Source: Bacteroidota bacterium (GTDB lineage: Bacteria > Bacteroidota > Bacteroidia > Bacteroidales > UBA12077). From it: a stretch of DNA of 61,944 nucleotides. Positions 36,959 to 48,609 of this stretch are shown piece after piece (the stretch's first letter is position 1; every line of letters starts with the position of its first letter). The translations under genes and the position numbers were made by a program. A model generated the notes under the pieces. It did no database searches. It was given only the letters and a program-made list of their open reading frames with translations, and was not told the DNA's origin. The stretch covers positions 1 through 61,944 of the forward strand of contig JAXHVS010000078.1 in NCBI GenBank assembly GCA_034189025.1, written 5' to 3'.

Positions 36959-37426
36959 ATGACAACGTTTATTGGCGATTATAATTGCAGGGTAGATGAA
37001 AAGGGGAGAGTTACTTTCCCGTCATCACTAAAGAAGCAGGTTGATGCTGCTTCTCAGAATCGCTTTGTGGTTAAAAAAGACATCTTCGAACAATGTTTGG
37101 TTTTGTATCCCATTGAGGAATGGGAAAGGCAAAATGCAATCATACGAAGCAAAATTAATCCTTATAATAAGGAACATAACAAATTTTTAAGAAATTTTTA
37201 CCGGGGTTCGGCAGAGATTGTACTTGATGGTAATAATCGACTGCTGATTCCTAAACGATTACTTAAACTTGCAGAAATCTCTAAAGAAGCAATTTTAGCC
37301 GGGCAGTATGGCAAAATTGAAATATGGTCGAAAGAACTGTACGAGGCAGCTGAAGAAAGCCACGAAGATTTTGCAGCTTTAGCTGAAAAAATAATGGGGG
37401 GAAATTTAAATCTGGAAAATGAATAA
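36959..37426 (+). CDS. mraZ: Division/cell-wall cluster transcriptional repressor MraZ
   Basis: DEKGR and LD.NNRLLIP AbrB-like repeats; first gene of the dcw cluster. Confidence 0.95.
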   Translation: MTTFIGDYNCRVDEKGRVTFPSSLKKQVDAASQNRFVVKKDIFEQCLVLYPIEEWERQNAIIRSKINPYNKEHNKFLRNFYRGSAEIVLDGNNRLLIPKRLLKLAEISKEAILAGQYGKIEIWSKELYEAAEESHEDFAALAEKIMGGNLNLENE

Positions 37427-37429
37427 ACT

Positions 37430-38326
37430 ATGGTCTATCATACGCCAGTATTGCTTAAAGAGAGTATTGAAGGTTTGCAAATCAAGCCACAGGGAATTTA
37501 TGTCGATGTTACTTTTGGAGGCGGAGGCCATTCCCGCGAAATCATAAAAAAACTAAGTAAAGGCAAACTGATTGCTTTCGACCAGGATGATGATGCACTG
37601 CAGAATCTGATAGATGATGAACGGTTTGTTTTTGTGAATCATAATTTCAGGTTTTTAAAAAATTTCCTCAAATACCATGGTTTTGAAACGGTTGACGGCA
37701 TCTTAGCCGATTTGGGCGTTTCGTCACATCATTTCGACCAGCCGGAAAGAGGTTTTTCCTTTAGGTATGATGGCGAGCTGGATATGAGAATGAACCGTAG
37801 TGCTAAAGTTTCGGCAAAAGATATTATTAATCAATATCCGGAGCAGGAATTGGCTAAAATATTTTGGGAATACGGCGAATTAAAAAACAGCCGCAAACTG
37901 GCAAGAGCTATTGTCAACAACAGAACGGATAAAGAAATCAATACCATTAAGTCGTTTACCGATTTATTGATGCCTTTTATTCCAAAGCATGCTGAGCGTA
38001 AATTTTTAGCTAAAATTTTTCAGGCAATACGCATTGAGGTTAACCGGGAAATAGAATTTTTAAAAGAGATGTTACTGCAAACAGCCGGGGTTATAAAACC
38101 AGGTGGAAGGCTCGTGGTGATAACTTATCATTCGTTGGAAGACCGATTGGTGAAAAATTTTATTAAGCACGGGAAGTTTGAAGGCGAAGCTGAAAAGGAT
38201 TTGTATGGAAGAACAGATGTGCCTTTTAATGCAATAAACAGGAAAGTAATTGTGCCCGATGAAAAAGAAATTGCTGAAAATAACAGAGCCCGAAGTGCAA
38301 AATTAAGAATTGCAGAAAAATTATGA
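37430..38326 (+). CDS. rsmH: 16S rRNA m4C1402 methyltransferase
   Basis: HTPVLL, DVTFGGGGHS, DLGVSS, LDMRM, YHSLEDR and RARSAKLR. Confidence 0.97.
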   Translation: MVYHTPVLLKESIEGLQIKPQGIYVDVTFGGGGHSREIIKKLSKGKLIAFDQDDDALQNLIDDERFVFVNHNFRFLKNFLKYHGFETVDGILADLGVSSHHFDQPERGFSFRYDGELDMRMNRSAKVSAKDIINQYPEQELAKIFWEYGELKNSRKLARAIVNNRTDKEINTIKSFTDLLMPFIPKHAERKFLAKIFQAIRIEVNREIEFLKEMLLQTAGVIKPGGRLVVITYHSLEDRLVKNFIKHGKFEGEAEKDLYGRTDVPFNAINRKVIVPDEKEIAENNRARSAKLRIAEKL

Positions 38327-38703
38327 TAAAAGACGATGACAAACATGTAGAATTTATTGATGAGAAACAAGAGCGTAAAGAACATAAGTTTGGCTCGGTA
38401 AAAGACTTTCTCGACGGCTCACTTATTGCCAATGATTTTGTGGTGAGGCAGCTGCCCTATATTGTTTTTCTGGTCTTTTTGGCATTTATCTATATAGGCA
38501 ACAGGTATCATGCCGAGAAGATGGTGCGAAGAAATGCTGAACTACAAAAAGAAATTAATGAGTTAAGAGCAGAAGCTATCACCACTTCTTCTGAATTGAT
38601 GTTTATAAGTAAACAGTCCGAAGTAGTAAAGTTGGTAAAAAAACGTGGGCTCGACCTGGAAGAATCGGTTGAACCACCACAAAAAATTGTCATAAAAGAA
38701 TAA
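38323..38703 (+). CDS. ftsL: FtsL-like cell division protein
   Basis: Single TM segment plus coiled coil, located between rsmH and ftsI. Confidence 0.8.
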   Translation: MIKDDDKHVEFIDEKQERKEHKFGSVKDFLDGSLIANDFVVRQLPYIVFLVFLAFIYIGNRYHAEKMVRRNAELQKEINELRAEAITTSSELMFISKQSEVVKLVKKRGLDLEESVEPPQKIVIKE

Positions 38704-38718
38704 AGAATAAAAGAATTT

Positions 38719-40839
38719 ATGTCATTGAAAAAGGAAATAGTTTGGAGAGTTGGAATAGTATATATATTTATACTCGCCTTTGCCATGCTTATTGTGGGCA
38801 AAATTCTTTATTTACAGCTTATTGAAGGAAATACATGGAAAGAGAAAGCGCAAAAGCTAACGCTAAAGGATATTACCGTTGAATCAAACCGTGGAGATAT
38901 TTTAGCTGCTGACGGCAGATTGCTTGCCAGCTCGATACCTTATTATGAAATACGGATGGATACCCGCAGCACCGGTATGGACGACCGTACCTTTGAAAAA
39001 AATATTGACTCCCTTTCTATCCGTTTATCACAACTTTTTAAAGATAAATCAGCATCTGTATATAAAAAAGAATTAGTTACCGCACGAAGAAATGGAGAAC
39101 GATTTCATTTAATTAAACGAAGAGTTAATTATAATCAGCTTAAAGAGCTTGAGACTTTCCCTATATTTCGTTTAGGAAGATATAAAGGAGGATTTATTGC
39201 TTTGCAAACCAATATAAGGATACAGCCTCATGTAAATCTTGCTTCCCGTACCATTGGTTATACCACAAAAGGTATTGGTGGAAATATTGTGGGCATTGAG
39301 GGTGCATACGATAAAGCGTTAAAAGGTGTTGAAGGAGTTCGTTTGATGCAACGTTTACAAGGAAATGTTTGGATGCCTGTAAACGATGGGAACGAAGTAG
39401 AACCCAAAGACGGAATGGATGTTGTTACCACCATTGATGTTAATGTTCAGGATGTTGCGGAAAATGCATTGCTTAAGCAATTACTAAAACATGAGGCAGA
39501 CCATGGAACGGCTGTTTTAATGGAAGTGGCAACAGGAGAAATAAAAGCTATTGTTAATCTACAAAGAAACAGCAACGGACAATATAAAGAAACCTATAAC
39601 TATGCCATTGGTGAAAGTACCGAGCCCGGTTCTACCTTTAAAATTGCATCAATAATTGCTGCCCTGGAAGATGGTTATGTTGATTTAAATGATACCATTG
39701 ATACAGGGAAAGGTGAGATTCAGTATTATGATAAGAAATTAACCGATTCCAAACTTGGTGGTTACGGTAAAATTACGGTAAAAGAAGTATTTGAGGTTTC
39801 ATCTAATGTTGGTATCTCTAAAATTATTACCGAAAATTATACGGGCAGAGAAGAAAAATTTATTAACCGCCTTTACCGGATGAATCTAAATAACAAATTA
39901 GGTTTAGATATTAAAGGTGAAGGAAGTCCGGAAATTAAATATCCTGGAGATAAGTATTGGTCAGGCGTTTCTTTACCTATGATGTCAATTGGGTATGAAA
40001 TAAGATTAACACCATTGCAAATCCTAACTTTCTATAATGCCATTGCCAATAATGGCAAAATGGTAAAACCTAAATTTGTTAAGGCATTAATGTATCATGG
40101 AAATGAAGTTAAAACAATTGATACCGAAGTTATTAACCCATCGGTATGCTCAAAAACTACTTTGCGTAAAGTAAGAGAAATGCTGGAAGGGGTAGTAGAA
40201 AATGGAACTGCAACCAATATAAAAAATAAAAATTATAAAATTGCCGGAAAGACCGGAACTGCACAAATAGCAAATATTGAATCGGGATATTCCGACAAAT
40301 CAAAATTAAGTTATCAGGCTTCTTTTGTTGGCTATTTCCCTGCAGATAATCCTAAATATTCTTGTATTGTAGTGGTTAACTCTCCATCCAAAAATATTTA
40401 TTATGGAAACCTGGTTGCAGGGCCTGTTTTTAAAGAGATTGCTGACAAAGTATATGCCACAAGTTTCGATATGCATGGTAAAAAACTGGCCGATATCAGC
40501 GAAGAAGTAAAAGTCCCTTATACAAAACATAGCTATAAACATGAGCTCAGTTATGTTTTAAATGAATTGGGTATCCATGTTTACGATGAAGAGGTAGACT
40601 CTGACTGGGTGCTTACTACCAAAAAGGATTCGTGTGTAAAACTGTCAAATCGTTTTATCGACCACCAATTTATGCCTAATGTGGCAGGTATGGGCGTAAA
40701 AGATGCTGTGTTTATTCTCGAAAATTTAGGATTGGAGGTTGAAATACATGGTAGAGGAACTGTTTTGAAGCAATCGGTAAAACCAGGGTCAAAAATAATT
40801 GAAGGGCAAACTGTTGTCCTTGAAATGTCGATACAATAA
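38719..40839 (+). CDS. ftsI: Class B penicillin-binding protein (FtsI/PBP3) with C-terminal PASTA domain
   Basis: RGDI, EPGSTFK (SxxK), SSN and KTGTAQ. Confidence 0.93.
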   Translation: MSLKKEIVWRVGIVYIFILAFAMLIVGKILYLQLIEGNTWKEKAQKLTLKDITVESNRGDILAADGRLLASSIPYYEIRMDTRSTGMDDRTFEKNIDSLSIRLSQLFKDKSASVYKKELVTARRNGERFHLIKRRVNYNQLKELETFPIFRLGRYKGGFIALQTNIRIQPHVNLASRTIGYTTKGIGGNIVGIEGAYDKALKGVEGVRLMQRLQGNVWMPVNDGNEVEPKDGMDVVTTIDVNVQDVAENALLKQLLKHEADHGTAVLMEVATGEIKAIVNLQRNSNGQYKETYNYAIGESTEPGSTFKIASIIAALEDGYVDLNDTIDTGKGEIQYYDKKLTDSKLGGYGKITVKEVFEVSSNVGISKIITENYTGREEKFINRLYRMNLNNKLGLDIKGEGSPEIKYPGDKYWSGVSLPMMSIGYEIRLTPLQILTFYNAIANNGKMVKPKFVKALMYHGNEVKTIDTEVINPSVCSKTTLRKVREMLEGVVENGTATNIKNKNYKIAGKTGTAQIANIESGYSDKSKLSYQASFVGYFPADNPKYSCIVVVNSPSKNIYYGNLVAGPVFKEIADKVYATSFDMHGKKLADISEEVKVPYTKHSYKHELSYVLNELGIHVYDEEVDSDWVLTTKKDSCVKLSNRFIDHQFMPNVAGMGVKDAVFILENLGLEVEIHGRGTVLKQSVKPGSKIIEGQTVVLEMSIQ

Positions 40840-40855
40840 AAATTATTGAATTGGA

Positions 40856-42319
40856 GTGAAAGCGTTAAACGACATATTAAAAGAGGTGCAAATAATTGAA
40901 AAAGCAGGAAATCTTAACATTTCTGTTCGGGATGTTATTTTCGATTCACGAAAAGTAACTCCCGGTTGCCTTTTTATTGCTGTTAAAGGAATACAAACCG
41001 ACGGACATCAATATATTAATCAGTCTGTTGAAAAAGGTGCTGTTGCCATAATATGTGAGAAATTACCCGAAAAAATTTTAAATAACATTGCTTATGTTGT
41101 AGTAAAAAATTCAGCAGAAACATTAGGCCAGGTTGCTTCGGCATTTTTCAATCATCCTTCAGCCAAAATTAAATTGGTTGGGGTTACCGGAACCAACGGA
41201 AAAACAACTACCGTTACATTGCTTTACAACCTGGTTCGCAAACTTGGCCATAAAGCCGGATTATTATCTACGGTTCGTAATTATATTGATGATAAAGTAA
41301 TTGAAGCAACACATACTACTCCCGATGCAGTGCAAATTAATCAACTGTTGAATGAAATGGTTCAATCGGGTTGTACTTATTGTTTTATGGAAGTAAGCTC
41401 TCATGCTATTGACCAGCATAGAATTGCAGGGCTGAAATTTGCCGGAGCTGTATTTACCAACATCACACACGACCATCTCGATTACCATAAAACATTTGCC
41501 GACTATATAAAAGCAAAGAAAACATTTTTCGATGGCCTAAATCCGGAAAGTTTCGCCCTTATTAATGCTGATGATAAAAACGGGCGAATAATGGTTCAAA
41601 ATACAAATGCAGAAATAAAAACATATGGCATTCAAAAAGCAGCAGATTATAAAGCTAAAATTATCGAAAACCATTTCGAAGGTTCGTTACTAAGAATTAA
41701 TAATACAGATGTTTGGACCTATTTTGTGGGTAAGTTTAATGCTTACAACCTGTTAAGTGTTTATGCTACAGCTTTGATGTTGGGCTTAAACTCTGCGGAA
41801 ATTTTAACCATATTAAGCCTTATGAAACCGGTTGAGGGGCGATTTGAAACGTTCCGTTCTCAAAATGGCATTACTGCGATTGTCGATTATGCGCATACAC
41901 CCGATGCATTGTTAAATGTTTTAAATGCTATCAATCAAATTAGAAAAAAGGAGCAGGATTTAATTACAGTGGTAGGAGCAGGGGGCGACAGGGATAAAAC
42001 AAAACGGCCACAGATGGCAAAAATTGCTGTAACAAACAGCAACAAAGTGATTTTAACATCAGATAATCCCAGAACCGAAGACCCAAACCTGATTATTGAA
42101 GATATGAAAGCCGGATTGCAAAAGGAATATTTAAAAAATACAATTACAATAACCGACAGGAAGGAAGCGATACGAACAGCCTGCCTGTTGGCAAAAAAAG
42201 ATGATATTATACTGGTAGCAGGAAAAGGACACGAAACATACCAGGAAGTAAATGGAGTAAAGCATCATTTTGATGACAGGGAAATTATTAAGCAAACTTT
42301 TAACGAAATCTATAACTAA
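40856..42319 (+). CDS. murE: UDP-MurNAc-dipeptide--diaminopimelate ligase
   Basis: [32 protein letters not shown] and AGKGHETYQ. Confidence 0.96.
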   Translation: MKALNDILKEVQIIEKAGNLNISVRDVIFDSRKVTPGCLFIAVKGIQTDGHQYINQSVEKGAVAIICEKLPEKILNNIAYVVVKNSAETLGQVASAFFNHPSAKIKLVGVTGTNGKTTTVTLLYNLVRKLGHKAGLLSTVRNYIDDKVIEATHTTPDAVQINQLLNEMVQSGCTYCFMEVSSHAIDQHRIAGLKFAGAVFTNITHDHLDYHKTFADYIKAKKTFFDGLNPESFALINADDKNGRIMVQNTNAEIKTYGIQKAADYKAKIIENHFEGSLLRINNTDVWTYFVGKFNAYNLLSVYATALMLGLNSAEILTILSLMKPVEGRFETFRSQNGITAIVDYAHTPDALLNVLNAINQIRKKEQDLITVVGAGGDRDKTKRPQMAKIAVTNSNKVILTSDNPRTEDPNLIIEDMKAGLQKEYLKNTITITDRKEAIRTACLLAKKDDIILVAGKGHETYQEVNGVKHHFDDREIIKQTFNEIYN

Positions 42320-42327
42320 ACCAGATT

Positions 42328-43578
42328 ATGCTTTATTATCTCTTTTTATATTTAGATAAATTCGACTTCCCGGGAGCGGGGATGTTCCAGTATATCTCAT
42401 TCCGGTCGGCAATGACTGTAATTACCTCATTAATCATTTCCATGATTTTTGGAAAACGAATAATTAATTTCTTAAGAAAAAAGCAGATAGGTGAAGATAT
42501 CCGCGATTTAGGACTGGAAGGACAAATGCAGAAAAAAGGAACACCAACTATGGGGGGTGTTATTATTCTTGCATCCATCATAATACCTACACTTTTGTTT
42601 GGCGATTTATTAAATGTATATGTTGTATTAATGCTTGTTACTACCATATGGCTTGGCACCATAGGTTTTATCGATGATTATATCAAAATATTTTTAAAAA
42701 ATAAAGATGGACTGGCCGGGAAATTTAAAATTTTGGGACAAATTGGATTAGGACTTATTGTGGGATTAACCCTCTATTTAAGTGATGATGTGGTTATTCG
42801 TGAAACAGTGGTTGAGAAACAGAATCTAACAAGTAACGAAATTGTTGAAGGTGTGGATAATACCGAAAATGAGGTAATTAAATATACCCGCGATATAAAA
42901 TGTACGAAAACAACCATTCCGTTTGTAAAAAATAACGAATTCGATTATGAATACCTGGTATCATTTTTAGGTAAACATAGCCAAAAAGCAGCATGGATAG
43001 TTTTTGTGATTTTTGTAATTTTAATTGTTACAGCGGTTTCTAATGGTGCTAACCTGACCGACGGGCTTGATGGACTGGCAACCGGATCGTCTGCTATTAT
43101 TGGGACAACATTGGGTATTCTGGCTTATCTATCGGGTAATATGATTTATGCCGATTACTTAAATATAATGTATATCCCGTTAACAGGCGAATTAGTGGTG
43201 TTTATGAGTGCTTTTATCGGGGCTACTATTGGCTTTTTATGGTACAATTCTTATCCAGCCCAGGTGTTTATGGGCGATACCGGAAGCCTTTCTATTGGTG
43301 GTATTATTGCTGTGTTTGCGATTATAATCCGTAAAGAGCTGCTAATTCCTATACTTTGTGGCATATTTTTTATGGAGAGCCTTTCTGTTGTTATACAGGT
43401 TAGTTATTTCAAATATACCAAAAGAAAATTTGGCACAGGTAAACGAATATTTTTAATGTCTCCTTTACATCATCATTATCAGATGAAAGGATACCCTGAA
43501 CCAAAAATTGTAATGCGATTTATGATTATTGGGATTTTATTAGCCGTAATATCGGTAGTAACACTTAAAATCAGATAA
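42328..43578 (+). CDS. mraY: Phospho-N-acetylmuramoyl-pentapeptide transferase
   Basis: [29 protein letters not shown] and PLHHHY. Confidence 0.97.
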   Translation: MLYYLFLYLDKFDFPGAGMFQYISFRSAMTVITSLIISMIFGKRIINFLRKKQIGEDIRDLGLEGQMQKKGTPTMGGVIILASIIIPTLLFGDLLNVYVVLMLVTTIWLGTIGFIDDYIKIFLKNKDGLAGKFKILGQIGLGLIVGLTLYLSDDVVIRETVVEKQNLTSNEIVEGVDNTENEVIKYTRDIKCTKTTIPFVKNNEFDYEYLVSFLGKHSQKAAWIVFVIFVILIVTAVSNGANLTDGLDGLATGSSAIIGTTLGILAYLSGNMIYADYLNIMYIPLTGELVVFMSAFIGATIGFLWYNSYPAQVFMGDTGSLSIGGIIAVFAIIIRKELLIPILCGIFFMESLSVVIQVSYFKYTKRKFGTGKRIFLMSPLHHHYQMKGYPEPKIVMRFMIIGILLAVISVVTLKIR

Positions 43579-43584
43579 CAGAAC

Positions 43585-44919
43585 ATGAACGAAAGGATTG
43601 TCATATTAGGTGCAGGTGAAAGCGGAGTTGGTTCAGCCATTCTTGCCAAAAAAAATGATGCTGATGTTTTTGTGTCTGATTTTGGAGTCATTAAAGAAAA
43701 ATATAAAAATCTGCTTGATAAGTATGGAATAACCTGGGAAGAAAAGAAACATACACAAGAGTTTATTCTAAATGCTAATGAAATAATTAAAAGCCCGGGC
43801 ATTCCGGAAAAAGTAGAAATCGTTCAGCAAGCCAAAGAAAATAACATTCCTGTAATTTCAGAAATCGAATATGCTTCAAGATTTTGTAATGCTTACAAAA
43901 TATGTATTACCGGAAGCAATGGTAAAACAACGACTACCAATCTTATTTATCATATTTTAAAAAATGCCGGATTAAATGTAAGTATGGCTGGAAATGTTGG
44001 GCAAAGCTGGGCTTGGCAGGTTGCCGAAAATAATTATGATTACTATGTAATTGAGTTAAGTAGTTTTCAGTTGGACGGCATGTACGATTTTAAAGCCGAT
44101 ATAGCTATTTTAATGAATATCACACCCGACCATCTCGACCGGTATAATTCCATGCAAGATTATGTGGATTCAAAATTCCGTATTACTCAAAATCAAACGG
44201 ATAAGGATTATTTTATTTATTGCGCTGATGACGAAATTTTACGAAAAGAGGTGGAGAAAAGGCCGATAATTGCCCAAAAAATTCCTTTTTCAATCAAAGA
44301 AAAATTTACCAAAGGAGCATTTATTGAAGAAAATAATATAAAAATCAATTATTTAAATAATCAATTTACTATGTCAATACAAAATTTAGCTTTAAAAGGG
44401 CAGCATAACACGTATAACTCTATGGCTGCCGGTATTTCCGCACAAGTGCTAAAAATTCGAAAAGAGGTTATTCGCGAAAGCCTGAGTAATTTCCAGGGCG
44501 TTGAGCATCGTTTGGAATTTGTTCTAAAAGTACATGGTATCGAATTTATCAACGACTCCAAAGCAACCAATGTAAATTCTACCTGGTATGCGCTCGAGAG
44601 TGTTTCGGGTGAAATTATTTGGATTGTTGGAGGCATTGATAAAGGAAATGACTATTCAATACTCGAAGATTTAGTACGTCAAAAAGTAAAGGCAATTATT
44701 TGTCTGGGTGTGGATAACTCAAAGATACACAAAGTTTTTGGCCCTATGGTATCAACAATTATCAACACAGAATCTGCTTCCGAAGCAGTAAAAACAGCGT
44801 ACTACCTGGCCAAAAAAGGCGATACGGTACTTTTATCCCCTGCTTGTGCCAGTTTCGACCTGTTTGAAAACTATGAAGACCGTGGCAATAAATTTAAACA
44901 GGCAGTAAGAGAATTGTAA
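43585..44919 (+). CDS. murD: UDP-MurNAc-L-Ala--D-Glu ligase
   Basis: KSPGIP, GSNGKTTT, ELSSFQL, NDSKATN and LSPACASFD. Confidence 0.97.
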   Translation: MNERIVILGAGESGVGSAILAKKNDADVFVSDFGVIKEKYKNLLDKYGITWEEKKHTQEFILNANEIIKSPGIPEKVEIVQQAKENNIPVISEIEYASRFCNAYKICITGSNGKTTTTNLIYHILKNAGLNVSMAGNVGQSWAWQVAENNYDYYVIELSSFQLDGMYDFKADIAILMNITPDHLDRYNSMQDYVDSKFRITQNQTDKDYFIYCADDEILRKEVEKRPIIAQKIPFSIKEKFTKGAFIEENNIKINYLNNQFTMSIQNLALKGQHNTYNSMAAGISAQVLKIRKEVIRESLSNFQGVEHRLEFVLKVHGIEFINDSKATNVNSTWYALESVSGEIIWIVGGIDKGNDYSILEDLVRQKVKAIICLGVDNSKIHKVFGPMVSTIINTESASEAVKTAYYLAKKGDTVLLSPACASFDLFENYEDRGNKFKQAVREL

Positions 44920-44958
44920 TAAACGAATTATTGATTTTTTTAAAAATCTGGTAATTGT

Positions 44959-46140
44959 ATGAGATTGACAGAGATATTATCGAAATATTTTAAAGGCGAC
45001 CGGGTAATCTGGGGTGTGATATTTGCGCTTTCTATGTTTTCATTGTTAGCGGTTTATAGCTCTACCGGTACGCTTGCATACAAATACCAGGGTGGAAATA
45101 CAGCATATTATATTTTAAAGCACTTTGTATTGTTAATGGTAGGATTGGGTATTATTTATATTACCCATTTAATTCCGTATAAATTTTATTCTAAGCTATC
45201 GCAGTTGTTTTTATACCTTGCCATATTTTTATTGGCTATTACGTTAATTATGGGTACAAGCCTTAACCAGGCAACACGTTGGTTAACACTCCCAGGTTTA
45301 GGTTTAACCATTCAAACATCCGACTTTGCCAAGTTAGCCCTAATTATGTATATCGCACGTATTTTATCCATGCGACAACATAAAATTGATGATTTTAATG
45401 GAATTGTCGTTTCACTTATTATCCCTATAGTGGCTGTTTGCGGATTAATTATGCCTGCGAATTTATCTACAGCAGTAATATTATTTGTCTCTTCATTTAT
45501 ATTGATGTTTATTGGAAGGGTAAAAATGAGATATTTAATGTTGCTTGCCGGCATCGGTGTGTTTATTATCACTTTGCTTATTGCAAGTATTGTATTTACC
45601 GGCAGCCAGGGGCGTATAGGAACATGGCAAAATCGAATTGAAAGTTTTGTAAGCGGAGATAGCGAAGATAATTACCAGGTTGAACAAAGCAAAATTGCCA
45701 TTGCAACAGGTGGCTTTTTTGGCAAAGGGCCGGGGAATAGTACCCAAAGAAACTTTTTGCCACATCCTTATTCCGATTTTATTTATGCCATTATCATCGA
45801 AGAGTATGGTTTTATTGGCGGAGTAGTTGTATTGATTTTGTACTTGTTTTTGCTTTACAGGGCAGGAGTTATTGTCCGGAAGAGTAATCGTACCTTTGCG
45901 GCATTTTTAGCCATAGGGCTTACCATTAGCCTTACCTTTCAGGCAATGATAAATATGGGTGTGGCAGTGAATTTATTCCCGGTTACAGGACAAACACTTC
46001 CATTAGTGAGTATGGGAGGTTCGTCTATTTTATTTACCGGCGTGGCGTTTGGAATTATTTTAAGTGTTAGCCGGGGGGTTGAGAAAAGCCTTGAATTAGA
46101 AAACGAATCAGAAGACGAAAGTGAAGAAAACGAAGAATAA
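44959..46140 (+). CDS. ftsW: SEDS peptidoglycan polymerase FtsW
   Basis: RWL..QTSDFAK, DFIYAIIIEEYG and TGQTLPLVSMGGSS. Confidence 0.93.
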   Translation: MRLTEILSKYFKGDRVIWGVIFALSMFSLLAVYSSTGTLAYKYQGGNTAYYILKHFVLLMVGLGIIYITHLIPYKFYSKLSQLFLYLAIFLLAITLIMGTSLNQATRWLTLPGLGLTIQTSDFAKLALIMYIARILSMRQHKIDDFNGIVVSLIIPIVAVCGLIMPANLSTAVILFVSSFILMFIGRVKMRYLMLLAGIGVFIITLLIASIVFTGSQGRIGTWQNRIESFVSGDSEDNYQVEQSKIAIATGGFFGKGPGNSTQRNFLPHPYSDFIYAIIIEEYGFIGGVVVLILYLFLLYRAGVIVRKSNRTFAAFLAIGLTISLTFQAMINMGVAVNLFPVTGQTLPLVSMGGSSILFTGVAFGIILSVSRGVEKSLELENESEDESEENEE

Positions 46141-47227
46141 AAATATTATTATCAGCGGTGGCGGAACAGGTGGACATGTGTTTCCTGCTATCTCTATTGC
46201 CAATGCAATTAAACAAATAGAACCCGATAGTAATATTCTATTTGTGGGGGCATTGGGTAAAATTGAAATGGTGAAGGTTCCTGCTGCAGGATATAAAATT
46301 ATTGGATTACCTGTTGCAGGATTACAACGCAGGATAACCTATAAAAATATCGTTTTTATTTTTAAACTAATCAAGAGTTTGAGATTATCGAAAAAAATAA
46401 TAAAAGATTTTAAACCGGATGTTGTAGTCGGGGTTGGAGGATATGCCAGCGGGCCGGTATTGTATATGGCTAATCGAAAAAATATTCCAACACTTGTACA
46501 GGAGCAAAATTCATATGCTGGTATTACCAATAAATTACTGGCTAAAAGGGCACAAAAAATTTGTGTGGCTTACGAAGGAATGGGGAAATATTTTCCTGAA
46601 GAAAAGATCATTTTAACCGGTAACCCTATTAGGCAGGATTTACTCGACCAAATGGGTAGCAAAAAAGATGCTGCTGAGCATTTTAAAATGAATAAGGATA
46701 AAAGAACGGTATTGGTTATTGGAGGAAGCCTTGGAGCTCGTACTATAAACCAAAGCATTATGTCTGATATTAATAAAATTGGTCAAAGTGATATTCAGCT
46801 GTTATGGCAAACCGGCAAATATTATTATGAAGATGCAAAGGCTGTTGCGGAAAAATCAGGATATGAAAATGTTAAAGTGTTGGATTTTATTGTTCGAATG
46901 GATTATGCGTATTCTTTGGCTGATGTAGTTATTTCACGTGCCGGAGCAGGAACTATTTCTGAACTTTGTTTGGTTGGCAAGCCTGTTGTATTGGTGCCTT
47001 CGCCCAACGTAGCCGAAGACCATCAAACAAAAAATGCTATGGCGTTGGTAAACAAAAACGCAGCGATCATGGTAAAAGATTGCAATGCGAAAACAGAATT
47101 GGTTAATAGGATTTTAAATTTAGTCCATGATGAAGACAAAATGGATGATTTATCAAAAAATATAAAAGGAATGGCTCTACGCGATTCTGCTAAAATAATT
47201 GCTCAAGAAGTTTTAAAATTAGGATAA
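46121..47227 (+). CDS. murG: Undecaprenyl-PP-MurNAc-pentapeptide GlcNAc transferase
   Basis: GGGTGGH, GGYASGP, EQN, GGSLGA, SRAGA and HQ.KNA. Confidence 0.97.
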   Translation: MKKTKNKNIIISGGGTGGHVFPAISIANAIKQIEPDSNILFVGALGKIEMVKVPAAGYKIIGLPVAGLQRRITYKNIVFIFKLIKSLRLSKKIIKDFKPDVVVGVGGYASGPVLYMANRKNIPTLVQEQNSYAGITNKLLAKRAQKICVAYEGMGKYFPEEKIILTGNPIRQDLLDQMGSKKDAAEHFKMNKDKRTVLVIGGSLGARTINQSIMSDINKIGQSDIQLLWQTGKYYYEDAKAVAEKSGYENVKVLDFIVRMDYAYSLADVVISRAGAGTISELCLVGKPVVLVPSPNVAEDHQTKNAMALVNKNAAIMVKDCNAKTELVNRILNLVHDEDKMDDLSKNIKGMALRDSAKIIAQEVLKLG

Positions 47228-48597
47228 TGGTGAATCTGGAAAGGATACATAATATTTATTTTTTAGGTGTTGGCGGCATAGGGATGAGCGCTATTGCCCG
47301 TTATTTTAATGCACTTGGGAAACGGGTAGGGGGATACGATAAAGTGTCCCGCCCCATTACCGATAAACTTCGGCGCGAAGGGATTGCTATAAACTTTACG
47401 GATAATGAGGAAAGTATTCCTGCACATTTTAAAAACAAAAATGATACACTGGTTATTGTTACACCTGCTGTTCCAACATCAAATCATCAATTAAACTTTT
47501 TTATTGAGAAGGAGTATACCATAAAAAAACGTTCCGAGGTGCTGGGCATAATTGCTAATTCACAGAACTGTATTGCCATTGCCGGAACACATGGGAAGAC
47601 TACGATAACCACTATGGTTTCCTATTTTATGCAACAATCGAGAATTGGATGTAATGCATTTTTGGGAGGCGTATCGAAAAATTTTAACACCAACCTGGTA
47701 GTAAATCCCGATAGTGATATTATGGTTGTGGAAGCCGATGAGTTCGATCGTTCATTTTTACATCTGCAGCCACAAAGTGCAATTATTTCAGCCATTGATG
47801 CCGACCATTTGGATATTTATAAAAGTAAAAATTCAGTAGTTGAAGCTTTTGAGCAGTTTATTCAGCATATTAAACCCAAAGGAAAACTTATCATTAAATC
47901 CGGGATTGATGTAGAAATAAACAGAGATGATATTCATGTTTACACCTATTCGTTAAATAATAATTCTGATTTTAAAGCAGAGAATATTCGAATAGACAAT
48001 GGGTTATATGTGTTTGATTTTGTGAGTAAGAATTTGATAATTCGTAATTTAAAACTTGGATTGCCCGGACGCATTAATGTTGAAAATGCTTTGGCAGCTA
48101 TAGCCATGGCTTATTTGAACGGCGCTCATCAAGACGAAATTTACAATGCTGTTCCAAAATTTAAAGGCATAGAACGCAGGTTCGATTATCAGATTCACAG
48201 AAAAGATTTTGTTTATATTGATGATTATGCACATCATCCCAAAGAATTGAAAGCAGCGATTACATCGGTAAAAGAACTGTTTAAGGATAAAAAAATCACA
48301 GGTATTTTTCAGCCGCATTTGTATTCGCGGACACGCGATTTTGCCGATGAATTTGCTCAAAGCCTTGATTTATTGGATGAGATTATATTGTTGGATATTT
48401 ATCCTGCCCGAGAAGAACCTATACCAGGAGTTTCTTCTGAAATGATATTCAATAAACTAAAAAAATCGAATAAACTATTATGTACTAAAAATAATGTGCT
48501 TGAAATTTTAAAAAAAAGGAACCTGGAAGTGTTAATTACATTAGGAGCTGGTGATGTTGATGAGCTTGTACAACCAATAAAAAAGATGTTTGAGTAA
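47227..48597 (+). CDS. murC: UDP-N-acetylmuramate--L-alanine ligase
   Basis: GVGGIGMS, GTHGKTT, EADE.DRSF, DDYAHHP and FQPHLYSRT. Confidence 0.97.
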   Translation: MVNLERIHNIYFLGVGGIGMSAIARYFNALGKRVGGYDKVSRPITDKLRREGIAINFTDNEESIPAHFKNKNDTLVIVTPAVPTSNHQLNFFIEKEYTIKKRSEVLGIIANSQNCIAIAGTHGKTTITTMVSYFMQQSRIGCNAFLGGVSKNFNTNLVVNPDSDIMVVEADEFDRSFLHLQPQSAIISAIDADHLDIYKSKNSVVEAFEQFIQHIKPKGKLIIKSGIDVEINRDDIHVYTYSLNNNSDFKAENIRIDNGLYVFDFVSKNLIIRNLKLGLPGRINVENALAAIAMAYLNGAHQDEIYNAVPKFKGIERRFDYQIHRKDFVYIDDYAHHPKELKAAITSVKELFKDKKITGIFQPHLYSRTRDFADEFAQSLDLLDEIILLDIYPAREEPIPGVSSEMIFNKLKKSNKLLCTKNNVLEILKKRNLEVLITLGAGDVDELVQPIKKMFE

Positions 48598-48609
48598 TTA
48601 AAAATTTGT